A stretch of 64,000 nucleotides of DNA from Lophium mytilinum (lineage: Eukaryota): positions 1,557,834 through 1,621,833 of the forward strand of contig MU004189.1 of the NCBI GenBank assembly GCA_010093605.1. The letters run 5' to 3'. A program made the position numbers and the translations under genes. The notes beneath the pieces are model-generated. The model did not search any database and was not told the origin of the DNA. It saw only the letters and a program-made list of their open reading frames with translations. This document shows positions 20,598 to 34,414 of the stretch, one piece after another (position 1 is the stretch's first letter; every line of letters starts with the position of its first letter).

Positions 20598-23500
20598 ATG
20601 TCTTCGAAGAAGGGTCACGTTTTTGTAGCGCCTTCAGATCTCACACATCCGAAGTCCGTCTTCGAAGGCGGGTCGCCGCCATGGCCGATCACACAGGAGG
20701 GTTCCGCATTTCAAGCTCTCAAGGTTGTTGATACCGAGGTACTCTGCGAGATGTTGCGAGCACTAACACTGCATAGGCTGAACGAAACACACAAGGACTC
20801 GACGGTGACTACGTCGTTTTTGAGCTTCAGGAATTCAGAGTTTACCGTCCAGACTCTGGGCGTCTTGCGAATGAGTTGGAGCCATTGCAAGCCCTCAGAA
20901 CGGTACCCGGTCTTCACAAATTGCTTTTCGATGGCATACTAGTCTGTGGGAATGTGCGCCGATATGTGCAAGCGGTCGAGTTCGGAGTTCTGAGCAACGA
21001 GTGGAACCCAGATGTCGAGGCCCCAACCCTCAGCACTTATATTCAGTCCAACTTAGGCGAACAGTACGGCTTCTGGTACAAGTTGGGTGAACCAGCCTCG
21101 GAATACCGAAGATATCACAAACCGTATCTATGGATTGCCAGCTTTGGTTTACACGTTGTTGACTATCTATACGACCACAAAAGTGTTTGTTTGGATGATT
21201 TCAAGCAACATTTCCATGATTGGCTCCGCGAAAAACACCAGGTTGGCATCTCAGAATGGCTTGCGGAATATGGCAGAACAGATTTTAGGGTTGCAGTGTC
21301 AGCTTATGTGGAGTATCTCTATCATGAGAGCTGCTCCATCAAAGAGAGCTTCGGAAACAGGCCCATGTGGAAGGAAACTTTGCCTTGGGCGCTTGCAGCG
21401 GTGAAGGTTTGGGAAGCGAAGACATCCAAAACGATATGCTCACCGCACGTTTACGAATGCTTTCGGCGTTCTTACTTTGGGGACCAGCTGGAGCTGAGCG
21501 AGCCCGCTCCAGAAATTGCGGCTGTACAGGAAAAGAGAAAGAAAGAGCTTGGGTTCATGAAAGCTTCCACAGATCCGAAGGCAGAGAAGATATCAAATGG
21601 TGTCACCCCAAACGACTGGGAGCCGTCAAAAGGCGACGTGGTTGCTTTGAGCCGCGAAGCTAACTCACTGTGGAAGAAATCGAAGGCTGACATCTGGATG
21701 GCATACGTTCAAGAGACCCATCGCGACAAGAAAGGGGAGCTATTTCTCTCCATTGTATGGCTGTATGGACCGGAAGACACCACAATAGATATGGAGCATT
21801 ACCCATATCAGAACGAACGATTTTTCTCGGATCATTGCGAATGCAGTGGCCCGAAGCGACCAGCTAGCGACGTCCTGGACCGAGTTGATGTGTCGTGGTG
21901 TCCAAGTGTCATGCCTGCGAACGATCAAATCTTCGTGCGTACAAAATATTGTTCGCAAAACGAGTCGTTCGTTACGCTGGATATGACAGATCGGTCATGC
22001 TCATGCCAGAAGGAGTCTCGAACAGCTTTTGAGGGCATCGTGGAAACTAGAAAAGTTGGCGATACAGTTTATTTTCTGGAGAAGAAAGCGCAGTCACCAA
22101 CTGGACATGACACTCTGGAACCTGTTGTCATAGAGTCTTTTGATTACCTGGACCAGGCTGTTAGGATTCGTCGTCTGCTGCGCCGTGCAAGGGACTGCTC
22201 GACGCTTGAGATTCAGTCTTTCCAGAATATACGACCCAATGAGTTAGTATGGACAGAAGAGACCATGCTGGTTCGAGCAGACAGAATTGCCCACAGCTGC
22301 AACATTCGATTCCTTACTACCAAGGAAAATGTACCAAGTCCGTACAACCGCGACGGAGTTGCTGATTGTTGGTACATTCGTACTGCTCTCATATCAGACC
22401 AACTTCAAGCCTTCGAAGAAATCACATTCAAGCCAAACATGAGCGAAGGCTTTGAACGCACAGACTTGGAAGTGAAGCTTGTTGGCCTCAGCCTTTTCAG
22501 TGGAGGTGGGAGTTTTGACCGATCTTTGGAGGAGTGTGGAGCTGTAGACTTCGTGCTGGGAGTGGACATGTTTAGTGCTGCGATGCACACATGGAAAGCA
22601 AACCTTCGGGGGGGTCCCACTTCCGCTAGCACATACTGTGGATCTGTTGACGACTACTATCTGGCAATTCAACAAGGCGACCCAGACGTGTATCCCCATG
22701 CGAGGATTGGTCAGATAACCTTCATCTGCGGAGGTTCCCCTTGTCAAGGCTACGCCCGCATGAACCGGCACAAGTTATCCGAAGCGAGCAAGCGAAACTC
22801 CTCCCATATCACAACGTTTGCATCAAATGTCGATCTCTACAGTCCGTTATACGCTATCTTGGAGAATGTTCCTGAAGCAGCTGGTAGGATCAGTAAGGAC
22901 ATCCCGGACAACCCCTTTGCGCAACTGATTGCTTGTTTGGTATCAATGGGATACCAAGTTCAACAGTTCAAGCTTGATGCCTGGTCCCATTCTAGCTCGC
23001 AAAGTCGATCTCGCTTGTTTCTCTCAGTGGCGGCACCGGGTCTGAAACCCTTACCTCCGCCGACATCTACACATTCGCATCCGCCGACGAAGACGCGTGT
23101 GAATGCGATTGGGAAGCTGCCCAATGGCGAAGCCTTCGGAGAGCGAACAGTTGTGGTGACTCCATTTGCGTACACGACGAGTGAAGCGGCTTCTCAGGAT
23201 CTTCCTTCAATACAGGATTCGCGGGTTCAGACCTGTATCCCATATCCTGATCATATCAACTCCACTATTTCAAAATGGGCCGACAGAAGGCTGTTTTCCC
23301 TAATCCCAACCTATCCATATGGGCAGACCTACGTGACGACATTAAAGGAGATGGCCACGTTCAATGAAATGAGCAGGCTAAAGGAAACAGTCATGCCCCA
23401 GTTCTTTCTCGAGAAACAAATCCGACACACTGAAGAGTCAGGTGGGAAATCCTATGGACGAATACGACCGGATGGACTGTTTCCAACAATCGCAACCGTC

Positions 23501-24298
23501 TTAAATCCCAGATGTAAATATGTCGGCCAGGTCCTTCATTGGAGAGAACCAAGAGTGATGACAATACAAGAGGCGAGGCGTGCCCAGGGAATTCCGGATG
23601 ATGTTGTACTAATTGGAACTCTGGCTGAAAAGCTCAAGATAACTGGAAATGGAGTCGATTATTCCCTGGGTCTCACCTTGGGATACAGCTTGCGGCAGTC
23701 TGTCTCGCCCAACCAGAATTATCCCATTCCGTATAATAGGAGCGGCCACTCGGGACAAGAAGTCATCGCCGTCACTAAAGGGAGAGCGTTGATAAATTAC
23801 ACTACAGTTGAAGGTATTACAGGCTCGAGAACTTTCTTGAATGTCGAGAGTACCGAAACGACGGAGAGGTTCCGGAACCATACCCCGGGTCGGCCAGACA
23901 TCTCCAGGAAACAAGAGTCTCGGAAGAACAATCTGAATAACCTCAGCATGAACAAAATCCAGCGTGCGCTGTCCGAAGCTACCGAGGGCCAGAGGTTTTC
24001 AAAACATGAAAAGAAGGCTCATAGAAGCATTGATAGGAGCAGTAGGCATCGGGCTCTGCCAAATGCTGCGCCGGACCAAGAGCCGCGGAAACGAACTCGT
24101 CAGAACACTACCGGTACGGAGTTAGTAGCTCCAGCCGACTTTTCTAAAATCCCAGAAAAGTTGTCCAGGAAGAGCATTACTACAAATACTAGTACCACGA
24201 GCAATGACGAGGGCGATAGCGAGGATGAAGGCCCTTTCATGCCTAAACAATTATGGAAGAGGGTAACGAAGACGGATGGGGTCGGGAGCTTTGAGTGA
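20598..24298 (+). CDS. dim-2: DIM-2-type C5 cytosine DNA methyltransferase with BAH domains
   Basis: BAH-like regions (WLYGPEDT...YPYQNERFFSDHC; NELVWT) and MTase motifs I (LFSGGGSF), IV (GGSPCQG), VI (ENV), VIII (QSRSR), IX (EARRAQG) and X (GNGV). A short intron ending at 20776 links ATG 20598 to the main ORF; its donor is at 20724 or 20739 (uncertain). Confidence 0.88.
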
Positions 24299-24813
24299 TA
24301 GGGCGAGTTGGTCTCCTGTCGAAAAGCTAGATGCTTTGCAATGAAAGACGCTCTCAGATAGAGGAGCACTTTACCTATAGCTAGACTCAGAGAAAGAATG
24401 AAACCAAAAGCCTAATAAGCTTGAACACTTGAACACCATCAACAGCGAACTTGTCCAGTATGTATAGTTACTCGTGGATGATATCTAGTCTAATTGGGGA
24501 GGTGGGGCGTTTTAAGTCACGTGTACGATTTATGCCGGTTCGCTAATGCCCCCGACGTTAAAAGTTGCGTCTACCTATAGCTTTAACGGCCGAGCTCTAC
24601 TCACTTACAAGGTTGTCTTCGTAGCTAGGAGCCTGACACAAACTACCTTATTGGCTTGTGTGACGTGCGTCAACATCTTAACATGCGGCAGTGATTTTCG
24701 CACAGGCGGCAATCTACAGGTTCTACCTTCTTTCCTCCATAGTTGTCGTCGCGCTACACTTTCACCACCACTGCGCATCTCTACCCTCATAATCCTTCTC
24801 TCCGGTCCCAAAT

Positions 24814-27294
24814 ATGGCGCCACCACGCGAGCGAAACCCCGAAAAACTCGATGACCTCCGTCTACGGTCTCGGCAAGACTACCTCGCGAAACGAGAAGCA
24901 GAACAGCTTGCGCTCCTTCGCAAACAAGTCCAAGAGGAGGCAGAAGAAGCGCGGGCAAATCCTGACCTGAGTCGGCAAGAGCTCCAAGAGTTTCAGAGGA
25001 ACCGCGAAACCCTACGCCTCGCCGAAGAGCGTCTCGCCATCGATGACCACCTCGAAGGATACCTCGTACCCGATGCCGACTACAGCAATAAGACGGAGGT
25101 GTTGAACAAGCGGCACAAGGACGACAAATACGTTACCGAGCACGATGAGTGGGAAAACGAACAAACGGCGCGCGCGAAAGCGCAGATATCAAGGCCAGTG
25201 CGCGAGGAAGACTATGAGTTCGTTTTTGACGATACCCAGGGCATAAAATTTGTCGCAGATGTCGCCTCGCGACTGGACCCGGAGAAGCAGATGCTTCAGC
25301 GGATGCTGGATGCTGCGGAACAGAAGGCTGCTACCATCGAGGAAACTAGAAAGAGCTTGCCCATGTACACATATCGGGAACAGATCTTAGCTGCGGTTGC
25401 GGAATATCAGGTCCTGATTGTCGTGGGGGAGACTGGCAGTGGAAAGACTACACAACTACCACAGTTTCTTCATGAGGCTGGATATACCAAGGGTGGGCTG
25501 AAAATTGGATGCACACAACCGCGGCGAGTGGCAGCCATGAGTGTAGCAGCTCGCGTGGCGGAAGAGATGGGCGTGCGGCTGGGCCAGGAGTGCGGATACG
25601 CTATTCGCTTTGAAGACAAAACATCTGACAAAACGATTTTGAAGTACATGACGGACGGCATGTTACTACGCGAGTTTCTCACGGAGCCGGATCTTGGTGG
25701 TTATGCAGCGCTGATGATTGACGAGGCCCACGAGAGGACGCTACATACGGACATTCTATTTGGGCTCGTAAAAGACATTGCTCGATTCAGGCCCGACCTG
25801 AAACTGCTAATCTCCTCGGCCACCATGGATGCTCAGAAGTTCAGCAAGTACTTCGACGATGCTCCAATTTTCAACATTCCGGGTCGGCGTTACCCTGTTG
25901 ATATTCATTACACACCTCAGCCAGAGGCAAATTACCTAGCTGCAGCAGTCACTACTATTTTCCAGATCCATCTCTCGCAGCCCGCTGGAGATATCCTAGT
26001 TTTCTTGACCGGCCAAGATGAGATTGAAGCTGCTCAGCAAAATCTTGAAGACACCGCTCGAAAACTTGGCTCACGGGCGCCGGAACTCATTATATGTCCT
26101 ATCTACGCAAATCTCCCGACTGACCTACAAGCTAAGATCTTCGAGCCTACCCCTCCAAATGCTAGGAAAGTGGTCTTAGCGACCAATATCGCAGAAACAT
26201 CACTGACAATCGATGGCATTGTCTACGTGATTGACCCTGGACTAGTCAAGGAAAACGTATACAATCCAAGAACCGGCATGGAGTCTTTGGTAGTGACACC
26301 GTGCTCCCGAGCCTCCGCAAACCAACGCGCGGGACGTGCGGGGCGTGTTGGTCCGGGCAAATGCTTCAGGTTGTATACCAAGTGGGCTTTCTATAATGAG
26401 CTGGACGAGAACACTACTCCGGAAATTCAGCGTACGAATCTCAACTCAGTGGTTTTAATGCTCAAGTCTCTAGGAATCAACGACCTCATTAACTTCGACT
26501 TCATGGATGCACCACCCGCCGATACCCTCATTCGCGCGCTGGAACAACTCTATGCCCTCGGAGCCCTAAATGATAAGGGCGAACTCACCAAGATTGGACG
26601 ACAGATGGCAGAGTTCCCTACAGATCCCATGCTCGCTAAAGCCGTCCTCGCGGCTGACAAGTACGGTTGTGTCGAAGAGATCCTGTCCATTGTGGCCATG
26701 CTGAGCGAAGCGTCCGCACTCTTCTTCCGACCCAAGGACAAAAAGATCCACGCCGATTCCGCACGCGCTCGATTCACGAATAAAGAGGGGGGCGATCATC
26801 TAACGTACCTGAATATTTGGAACCAATGGCTCGACGCAGATTTTAGTCCTATCTGGGCGAAAGAAAATTTCCTGCAGCAACGAAGTCTCACGCGCGCCCG
26901 CGATGTTCGAGACCAACTTGCCAAGCTCTGCGACCGCGTCGAGGTCACTTTATCCACCAGTGGTATCTCAGATCACATAGCCATCCGTAAAGCCATCACC
27001 GCTGGCTTCTTCCCCAACGCCGCCCGTCTTCAACGCGGAGGAGACTCATACCGGACGGTGAAGAATGGCATGACGGTCTATCTACATCCTAGCTCTGTCC
27101 TTATGGAAAGCCGGCCTAAATGGGTCATTTTCTATGAGCTGGTGTTGACGTCGAAAGAATACATGCGGAGCAATATGCCGTTAGAACCCGAGTGGCTGGT
27201 GGAGGTCGCGCCACATTACCATAAATCAGCGGACCTCGATAAACTTGGAGTCGATAAAAAGATGCCCAAGGGTCCAGGCAAAAGTGGAGTTTGA
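24814..27294 (+). CDS. Spliceosomal DEAH-box helicase Prp2/Cdc28 (DHX16)
   Basis: [19 protein letters not shown] and QRAGRAGR motifs with HA2/OB C-terminus. The N-terminal [13 protein letters not shown] is typical of DHX16/Cdc28. Intronless, 826 aa. Confidence 0.95.
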   Translation: MAPPRERNPEKLDDLRLRSRQDYLAKREAEQLALLRKQVQEEAEEARANPDLSRQELQEFQRNRETLRLAEERLAIDDHLEGYLVPDADYSNKTEVLNKRHKDDKYVTEHDEWENEQTARAKAQISRPVREEDYEFVFDDTQGIKFVADVASRLDPEKQMLQRMLDAAEQKAATIEETRKSLPMYTYREQILAAVAEYQVLIVVGETGSGKTTQLPQFLHEAGYTKGGLKIGCTQPRRVAAMSVAARVAEEMGVRLGQECGYAIRFEDKTSDKTILKYMTDGMLLREFLTEPDLGGYAALMIDEAHERTLHTDILFGLVKDIARFRPDLKLLISSATMDAQKFSKYFDDAPIFNIPGRRYPVDIHYTPQPEANYLAAAVTTIFQIHLSQPAGDILVFLTGQDEIEAAQQNLEDTARKLGSRAPELIICPIYANLPTDLQAKIFEPTPPNARKVVLATNIAETSLTIDGIVYVIDPGLVKENVYNPRTGMESLVVTPCSRASANQRAGRAGRVGPGKCFRLYTKWAFYNELDENTTPEIQRTNLNSVVLMLKSLGINDLINFDFMDAPPADTLIRALEQLYALGALNDKGELTKIGRQMAEFPTDPMLAKAVLAADKYGCVEEILSIVAMLSEASALFFRPKDKKIHADSARARFTNKEGGDHLTYLNIWNQWLDADFSPIWAKENFLQQRSLTRARDVRDQLAKLCDRVEVTLSTSGISDHIAIRKAITAGFFPNAARLQRGGDSYRTVKNGMTVYLHPSSVLMESRPKWVIFYELVLTSKEYMRSNMPLEPEWLVEVAPHYHKSADLDKLGVDKKMPKGPGKSGV

Positions 27295-27974
27295 GTTACC
27301 ACAACGGAGGCTGCCGTCTAAGGGCGGCTAACGAACCATGGACAGAAGTCAGGAAAAGGGTGCGGCTCTAAGGGGGTCCACACACGTGCCTCTCAACATG
27401 AGAGTGAGGATATACAATACAAGTAATATATGGATGCTTACAAACTGTAGAAAAAGCTTCGGACATCGCAAGGGCCGTCCTCCTTCGATGTGATCGGGAC
27501 TAGCAAAGACTAGTCATCTCCAACCCCCATTTCGGAGAATTTGAAGCAGTCGTGCTCTGGAAACTGTTAGCAGAAGTAATAGCTGCCTCTACGAACTGAC
27601 AAGAGCAGGAAATCTCGACGGTAGCTTACTGTACGCGACCACTGGACTTTGATAGTCGTGATGCGGCGAGGGTACGTGCGTAGCCTATCTAGACCAACAT
27701 TACCACGGTTCCATACCACAAATTTCTCCTCTTCATCGTGCTTCCGCAATCGCTATGGTAATATCCCACCAATAAATAAGCTCTGCGCTTTGCCCAGCAG
27801 CCCTCTGCGCACACCCAAAACCTCGTCGCCTCCCCGTCCCTCTTCTCTCCTTTGCCTTCGGGCACTCAAGATCTCACCACCACCCGCTTTCATCACATCA
27901 CCCCTTTTGTATCCTCTCCCTCATCCCCTGTTTCTGTTTCATGTACTGTTAGTGTTTTCCCCCCTCTCCTTCAC

Positions 27975-28420
27975 CTGTAGTTCCATGCAAGCCCAGCATG
28001 AGGAACCGCCTCCACAGCCCTCTGCAGTAGGCGGTAACGCCCGACACTGGGGGAGAGCTTGCCGGCTTGCTGGCGGCTCGATCCTGGAGGAAGAAGTCAA
28101 CAGATAGCAACGTCTTCGGACTGCGCAACAGGCCCTTTGGGGTCCCTGGCATGTTTTACTCAGAGGCACCTGTGTGATTGTTGAGTTTAATCGCTTTTCC
28201 TTTTTTGTGTTTGGTGCTTGGTTTTGGTGGAGGTTGGGAGGGCTTGGAGCGGCCGGAGCGGTGGTGGTGAGAGGATCTTGTACGGCTTTGGGGAGGTTTT
28301 TCATCCCCGGGGGGTTTGTCCCTGGGGGTTTTCCTCCCGCGAAACTCAAAAAGATAAACACTAATTTCGTTGGTTTTGCTTGTGATGTCTTCACTTTGCG
28401 TGTGCTGGGTGTCTATATGG
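27975..28420 (+). ncRNA. Candidate structured RNA element(s), possibly intron-hosted snoRNA-like
   Basis: Dense hairpins: ACCGCCT 28005/AGGCGGT 28029, CCCAG/CTGGG, GAGC-TGCCGGC/GCTGGCG-GCTC, GTC-TTCG-GAC, and GGGAGG..CCCCGGGG/CCCTGGGG..CCTCCC. They lie between a GTACGT donor-like site (27672) and a TAG acceptor-like site (28458). No credible protein. Confidence 0.3.
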
Positions 28421-31400
28421 AGTATCTATCCAAGCTTGACTGTTGGGGTGTTGCGTAGGGGCTACGTGGGTGTTGGACGCTCTTCGTCGGGTGGCGAGAA
28501 GTATAGATGGATGGTAATTCTTTGCAAGACCTGTTAGAGGCGTTCGTAAGTTTAAGTAGCTCTTTGGTGATGTCCGGATTGCTTCAGAATATTAGCTTGT
28601 CCACGATTGAATGTCGCTTCCTTTAAGCTACACGTCTAGCAGGCACATACAACTAAGAAAGCTTCAGTTTGATTATAAAGCTTCTAATTAAAAAGGTTTC
28701 AAGTCATCTCAAGCTATATTGACTGCTTGAATCAATCACTTCGCACGTGAGAGACTTGCCGACAAGACCTGGATTACCTCAACAGTTAGTTCATGACTTT
28801 CGAGAGTCAAGAGAAGCGCTTCTTGGCTCATTACTATTGTGACACCGTGGATAAGTATATTCACGAAACCCTCCAAGCTGAAATCGGAAGCTTGAGAAAA
28901 TAGGCGGCGGGAGGTTCAGAACCCCTATGTTGTGACGTGAAACACCCGGGATGTGGTTGAATCGTCAGTCTGCCGGGCGGTGTGGTTGTAAGCTCCAATA
29001 ACGGCAACTCACAACAACTAGGAAGTAAAGTTAATAGCCGTAATCTTAACGTTCCTAACGTATTTCCGCGCACGCACTAATACCCGCACTGGCCACCATA
29101 TTAAATCCGGCTGAGCCCCTTATTAGCCCCCTCTCCACGGGTATACGCGTTTAATATAACTTATTTCCAATATAGATAGTAGCTAGATATATAATTTAAA
29201 CGTGCCTAATTTAATGCACCCGCTTATTAGGCGCGAAAATTATAAAAAATAGGTATTTTTAGCCTTATTTTAAATAAAAATTACTCTAAATTATACTCTC
29301 TCCCTTCTATAGCCTACCTACCTCCTTTTCTACTACTTTGCAACGCTATATTAACTTATTCTAAACGCTAGGTATCTAGTATATACTTAAACTAGGTATT
29401 AGAATATTAAGATCTATATTAGAATAGAAAATTCTATTTATATAAGAAGCCTACTAAAATCTTACCTAGCGCGTTTTAAACGCGCTATTAAAGAAGATTT
29501 TAATATTCTACTATATAAGATTAAATGTTTAAGATGTTTCTAGAATATACTTTAGTACTTCTTAGCCCTTATTAGCACCCTATAAAGGGCCTAGTAGTCT
29601 TTATTAGTAATAAGTAGCTTAGTAAACCTTATAGCTAAATATTATACTATATAGTAATACTACACTATATAGTAATACTATATAATTATACTATATAGCT
29701 ATATAGTTTATCTATAATAAGTTACTTAGTAGATCTTATAGCTATATAGAAGTATATAGATTTAAATAGAGTTATATTTATTTATAATAATATCTAAGTA
29801 TTATTATTCTTATTATTATCCTCTATAACGTTCTACCCCTTCTTCTTAATATCTTAAGGTAAGGCTCTACCTATATTACGCCTAAATTTAGCTATAATTA
29901 CTTAAGGGGTTTATTTAATTCTCTAGTTTAAGCTATACCTATAGAGATACTTCTTATTAAAACTATTACTCTAATAGGCCCTTACTCTCTTTATATTCTT
30001 TTTATTAACCTTCTTTTGCCGGAGCTTAATAGTATTAAGAAGAGAAGACTATTTTAATAGTTTAGGCTTCTTCTTCTTCTTTAGTATAGTAGAATACTGC
30101 TTCTAGAATAAAAGGTTATTATTAAACTCTCTTCTTTTATCTATAAAAATCTATAAAAAATAAGCATTTATCTCTAATAAGAAGAGGGGGTATTTATTTC
30201 TAATAAGAATAAGAATACTTACTTTCTAATTACTATACTTCTACTTAAGTTTTATCTATATTAGATTTCCTTTATACTTCTATATATTAATCTAATACTT
30301 AAGTAGAATAGAAACTCCCTTAATTATTAGAAATACTTCTGCTCCTTAAGGTATTTTCTATCCGCCTTTAATCTTTATAATACCTAAAGTACTATTAATT
30401 AAGATAATAGGTAGTATAGAAACATTACTACTAATAAAAGTTACTATTCTATGCGGTATAATAATAGTTATCTCCTTCTTATCCTTCTCTAGCGTAGCCT
30501 TCTTCTTTCCCTTTATCTTAGGACGCTTTATTAGAGACGGCTAGTCCTAGTACTAGTAGTTAGTAGGAGAGGGGGGGCTTTTAACTTATTATTAATAAGT
30601 TAGAGACATAAAAGAAGGCTATAGCTAGTGCCGCTTAGAAAGGTTATAGATATAATAGTATATAAATAAGGCAGTAATACTACTACTAGCTAGAGGATAG
30701 TTCTCTAGTATTAATATAATTTAGCTTTACTCGCTAGGGCTAGAACGGGGGCTAAAAGAATCCTCTAGGCGTAAGGGTACCTGCGTTATATATAACTAGC
30801 CCTGCTATCTAAAAATAGGCTGCATTATATATAACTAGCCTACCCGCGGTACCTAGAATTAATTACTTTCTAGAGGCATTAGTTTCTACTATAGATTTAT
30901 TAGTAATAACTAAGGCTACTATAGATGCGTTATAGATAATTATATTAGTAGAGGCTACCTAATAGAAGAAATAGAGAGGGTATAGCTAGGTACTAGTAGT
31001 AGAGAGTTTATTATAGATAAAAAAGGTTTCTATATAGGTAGTAGAGTATATTCTTAAGATATAGTAAACTACTTATATAGTCTTAGATATACTACTTTTA
31101 CTACTACCTTACTTTCTTCTTAAATTTAAATTAAAGTCTTAAAGTTATAGAAGATATAGCTTTTAATCTATACTTCTAGCCTACTTATCTTAGCCATTAG
31201 CTAGAAGTTATTATCTAGAAAAGTATTATTTTAGGGGGGCTAATTAGCCTGCTACTTTAGCTATTCTTTAGCTAAACGCTCTTAAAGAGAAGCCTTTAAA
31301 ATAGCGCTCGCTTTTAAGGGTATACTAATTTATTTTAAATAAGTTAAAGAATAGGTAGTATATAGATAGGTAGTATATAAATAGATAGGCTAGTAGATAG

Positions 31401-33551
31401 GCTAATACTAGGGGTTTATAGATAATAAAGGGTGTAAAAAAGTATATAAAAAGAGGTCTTTATTAATAATAAGGTAGCTTATTCTAATTTAGACAACGGC
31501 TATTACTAAATATAAATAAGCCTAGCGTATACCTATATTAAATTATGCGTTAAAATCTACCCTTCTATCTACTTATTAATAATAAACCTATACTTATTAT
31601 TCTCTATACCTCTATAAAAAGCTAAAATAGCTAAGGCTAAGTCCTCGCCGCTGTAAACCCTAAAGAGCGCGTTAAAAATAAAGCCTAAGAGAGGGAAGAA
31701 AGCAGTTATTATAGATAAAGATAAGCTAGAGCAGCTTAAGAAGCTTATAGTAGCTATACCTAAGTCTATAGTAAAGTAAGTAACTTAAGAAGAAATACTT
31801 AATAATGCTAATAAGGAGGAGGGCGTTAGTAATAAAGGGGAGATTATAACTAAGATTATCCGCCAGAATACTAAGTTAGTAGTCCTTAGCTATTTAAATC
31901 CTAATTTATTAAAGTTAATTAATAAGCTATAGAGTAGAAAGCTTATAGAGAAAAATAAAGAGTACTAGCTTTATATAACTAAAGGGAGCCTTATATAAGG
32001 TACTATAAAAGCGTATTAAGGGTATATTCTAGATAAAGATATATCTTATTTATTTCTAATAAGTACTAGGTAGTAGGCTAAGTTTCTAAAATAGCTAAAG
32101 TTCTATAAGCTACAGGCCTATAAATATATTAATACCCTGGATAAATAGGCGCTAAACTATTTTATATAATAGATTTAAGGGATAGTTAAAATAAGAAAGG
32201 TAATAAAAGAAGACTTAGAGTAGAAAGCAGGTATAAAGTAAGGCTAAAAGAAGAAAGTAAAGCCTTATTCTAGATAAGCATCTACTACTACATCTATTAC
32301 TTTAGGCGCTATATCTATTACTTTAGGCGTTAGAGATAAAGATAAGAATATATAGAATTCTAGCACTTTATACTTCTATACCTAGAAGATAAGGGCTATA
32401 ATTAGCTAGCACTATTTATATTATTATTAATAAGAATCTAATCTTTAGGTAAGGCAGGCTAATAGTATATATACTAGAAATCTATTAGTATCCTATACTA
32501 TTTACTACGCAATAAAGTAGCTCTAGAGGGAGAAGGTATACTACTACTATCTATTAGCTTTATTTATTACTAATAATAGCCTAGGTTATAGCTAGAGAGG
32601 TACTAGAAAGCGCTTAAGCTATCTAAGAGTAAGATCTTTAAAAGATATATAAAGATACTAAGGCTTATTTTAAATAACTAGAGAAAGAAGATACCTCTTC
32701 TTTCTCTTATCTAAAGGATAAAGATAGAAGAGCACTCTAGGCAGGCTATAGGTAGAGAATAATAATACATCTAGCCTATGCTATTATATTTACCTACCTC
32801 TTATAACTTAAAGAGGTTCTTTAAATTAAGATAAGTAATATACGCGTTTTTAATAAAAATCCTAGGTCTATTAAGATTACTCTTTTTTTCCGGAAAACTT
32901 ATTAATATAGAGGTATACTACCCCCTTATTTCTAATAAACCTACTTATTATTAACGCATAAATAGAGGTAAAGCCATTTATTATCTATATATAATAGAAG
33001 AACCTATAGATTTCTATACCTAATCTACTACTTAAATAGCTTTATCTATTAGGTATTTACTCCGGCCGCCTATTCTAAAAGTTTAACCTATATAACTAGC
33101 CCGTTATTAATAAGAATAAGTTAATTATAGGTTCTCCTTTATTATAAACGCGCCTGCATCTTTATTAATAATAATAGTCCTCTTCTTAATTTATTTTTAA
33201 CTTTTAAAACAATCTTATAGATATTAGCTATAACCTAATTACTTTCTCTAGCTATTCCTTTTACTAAGGTAGCTGCTAGTAGCTATCTAGTAAGCGGCGC
33301 TAGAATATATAAAAGATCTATAATTAGAGTAGCTAGTTAGAGAACTTCTTATCTATAATAATTATAAAGTATCTTATTAGTTAGAATAATAGGCTAACTT
33401 ATAAGCAGCAGGACTTTATAAACCTAAACTTTTATTATAAATAAGTATACTATAGTTATAATAGAACGTGCAACTATATATAGCCTTATACCTTTATCTC
33501 TAATAAGTATAAGCTATACTTATTAGGGACGAAGGTACTATATAGCTAAAT

Positions 33552-33638
33552 TATAGCCTTTCTATATAGCCTCTCTATATAGCCTCTCTATATAGCCTCT
33601 CTATATAGCCTTTCTATATTATATATAGCCTTTCTATA
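33552..33638. repeat. 13-bp minisatellite (TATAGCCTYTCTA)n inside the RIP island
   Basis: About 5-6 consecutive copies are visible. Confidence 0.8.
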
Positions 33639-34414
33639 GTTCTACTTTATTTTAAATAAATATATAGAATAGGCTTAAGGCTTAAGTATTAGTACTAGTA
33701 GATTTTTAAGGCTTAAGTATTAGCGCTAGTATAATAGTATATAAGAGCGTTAGAAATAAAGGTATAAGACTATATTAACTTAGAAAGAAGGTAAAGAACT
33801 CTAGAAGTATTAAAAATAAGTAAAGAGCTATAGAAGCGTTTAAAACAAAGATATAAGACTATAAAAGAAAAGAAGATATAGAATTATAAGAAGAAAACGC
33901 CTAGAATTATAGCTATATTAGAAATAAAGGTATATAACTATAACTATACTAGAAGTAAAGGCATAGAACTATAACTATATTAAGAATAAAGATATAGTAC
34001 CTCTATAGCGTTCTTAACGTACTCTTATATACTATATTATATTACTAATCTTACTATACTTTCTAAGCGTTCTTAACGCACTATATTATATTACTAATCT
34101 TACTATACTCTCTAATAGTCCCCTAGTAATCTTCTATAGTCCTCTAGTAATCTTCTATAGTCTCTAAGTATTTCTAATATAATCTTATACCTTACTAATC
34201 TTACTAATCTAGCATACTCCCTAGTAGTCTCCTAGCATTCTTAACATTCTTAATATAATCTTCTATAGTCCCTAGTATTCTTAATATAATCTCCTATAGT
34301 CTTTTAATATTTCTAGCGTTTTTAATATAATCTTCTATAGTCTCTTAATATCCTATATAAATACTACAGTTATAAGGCTTATTATTAATAAATACTACTA
34401 TATTAACTTCCTTA

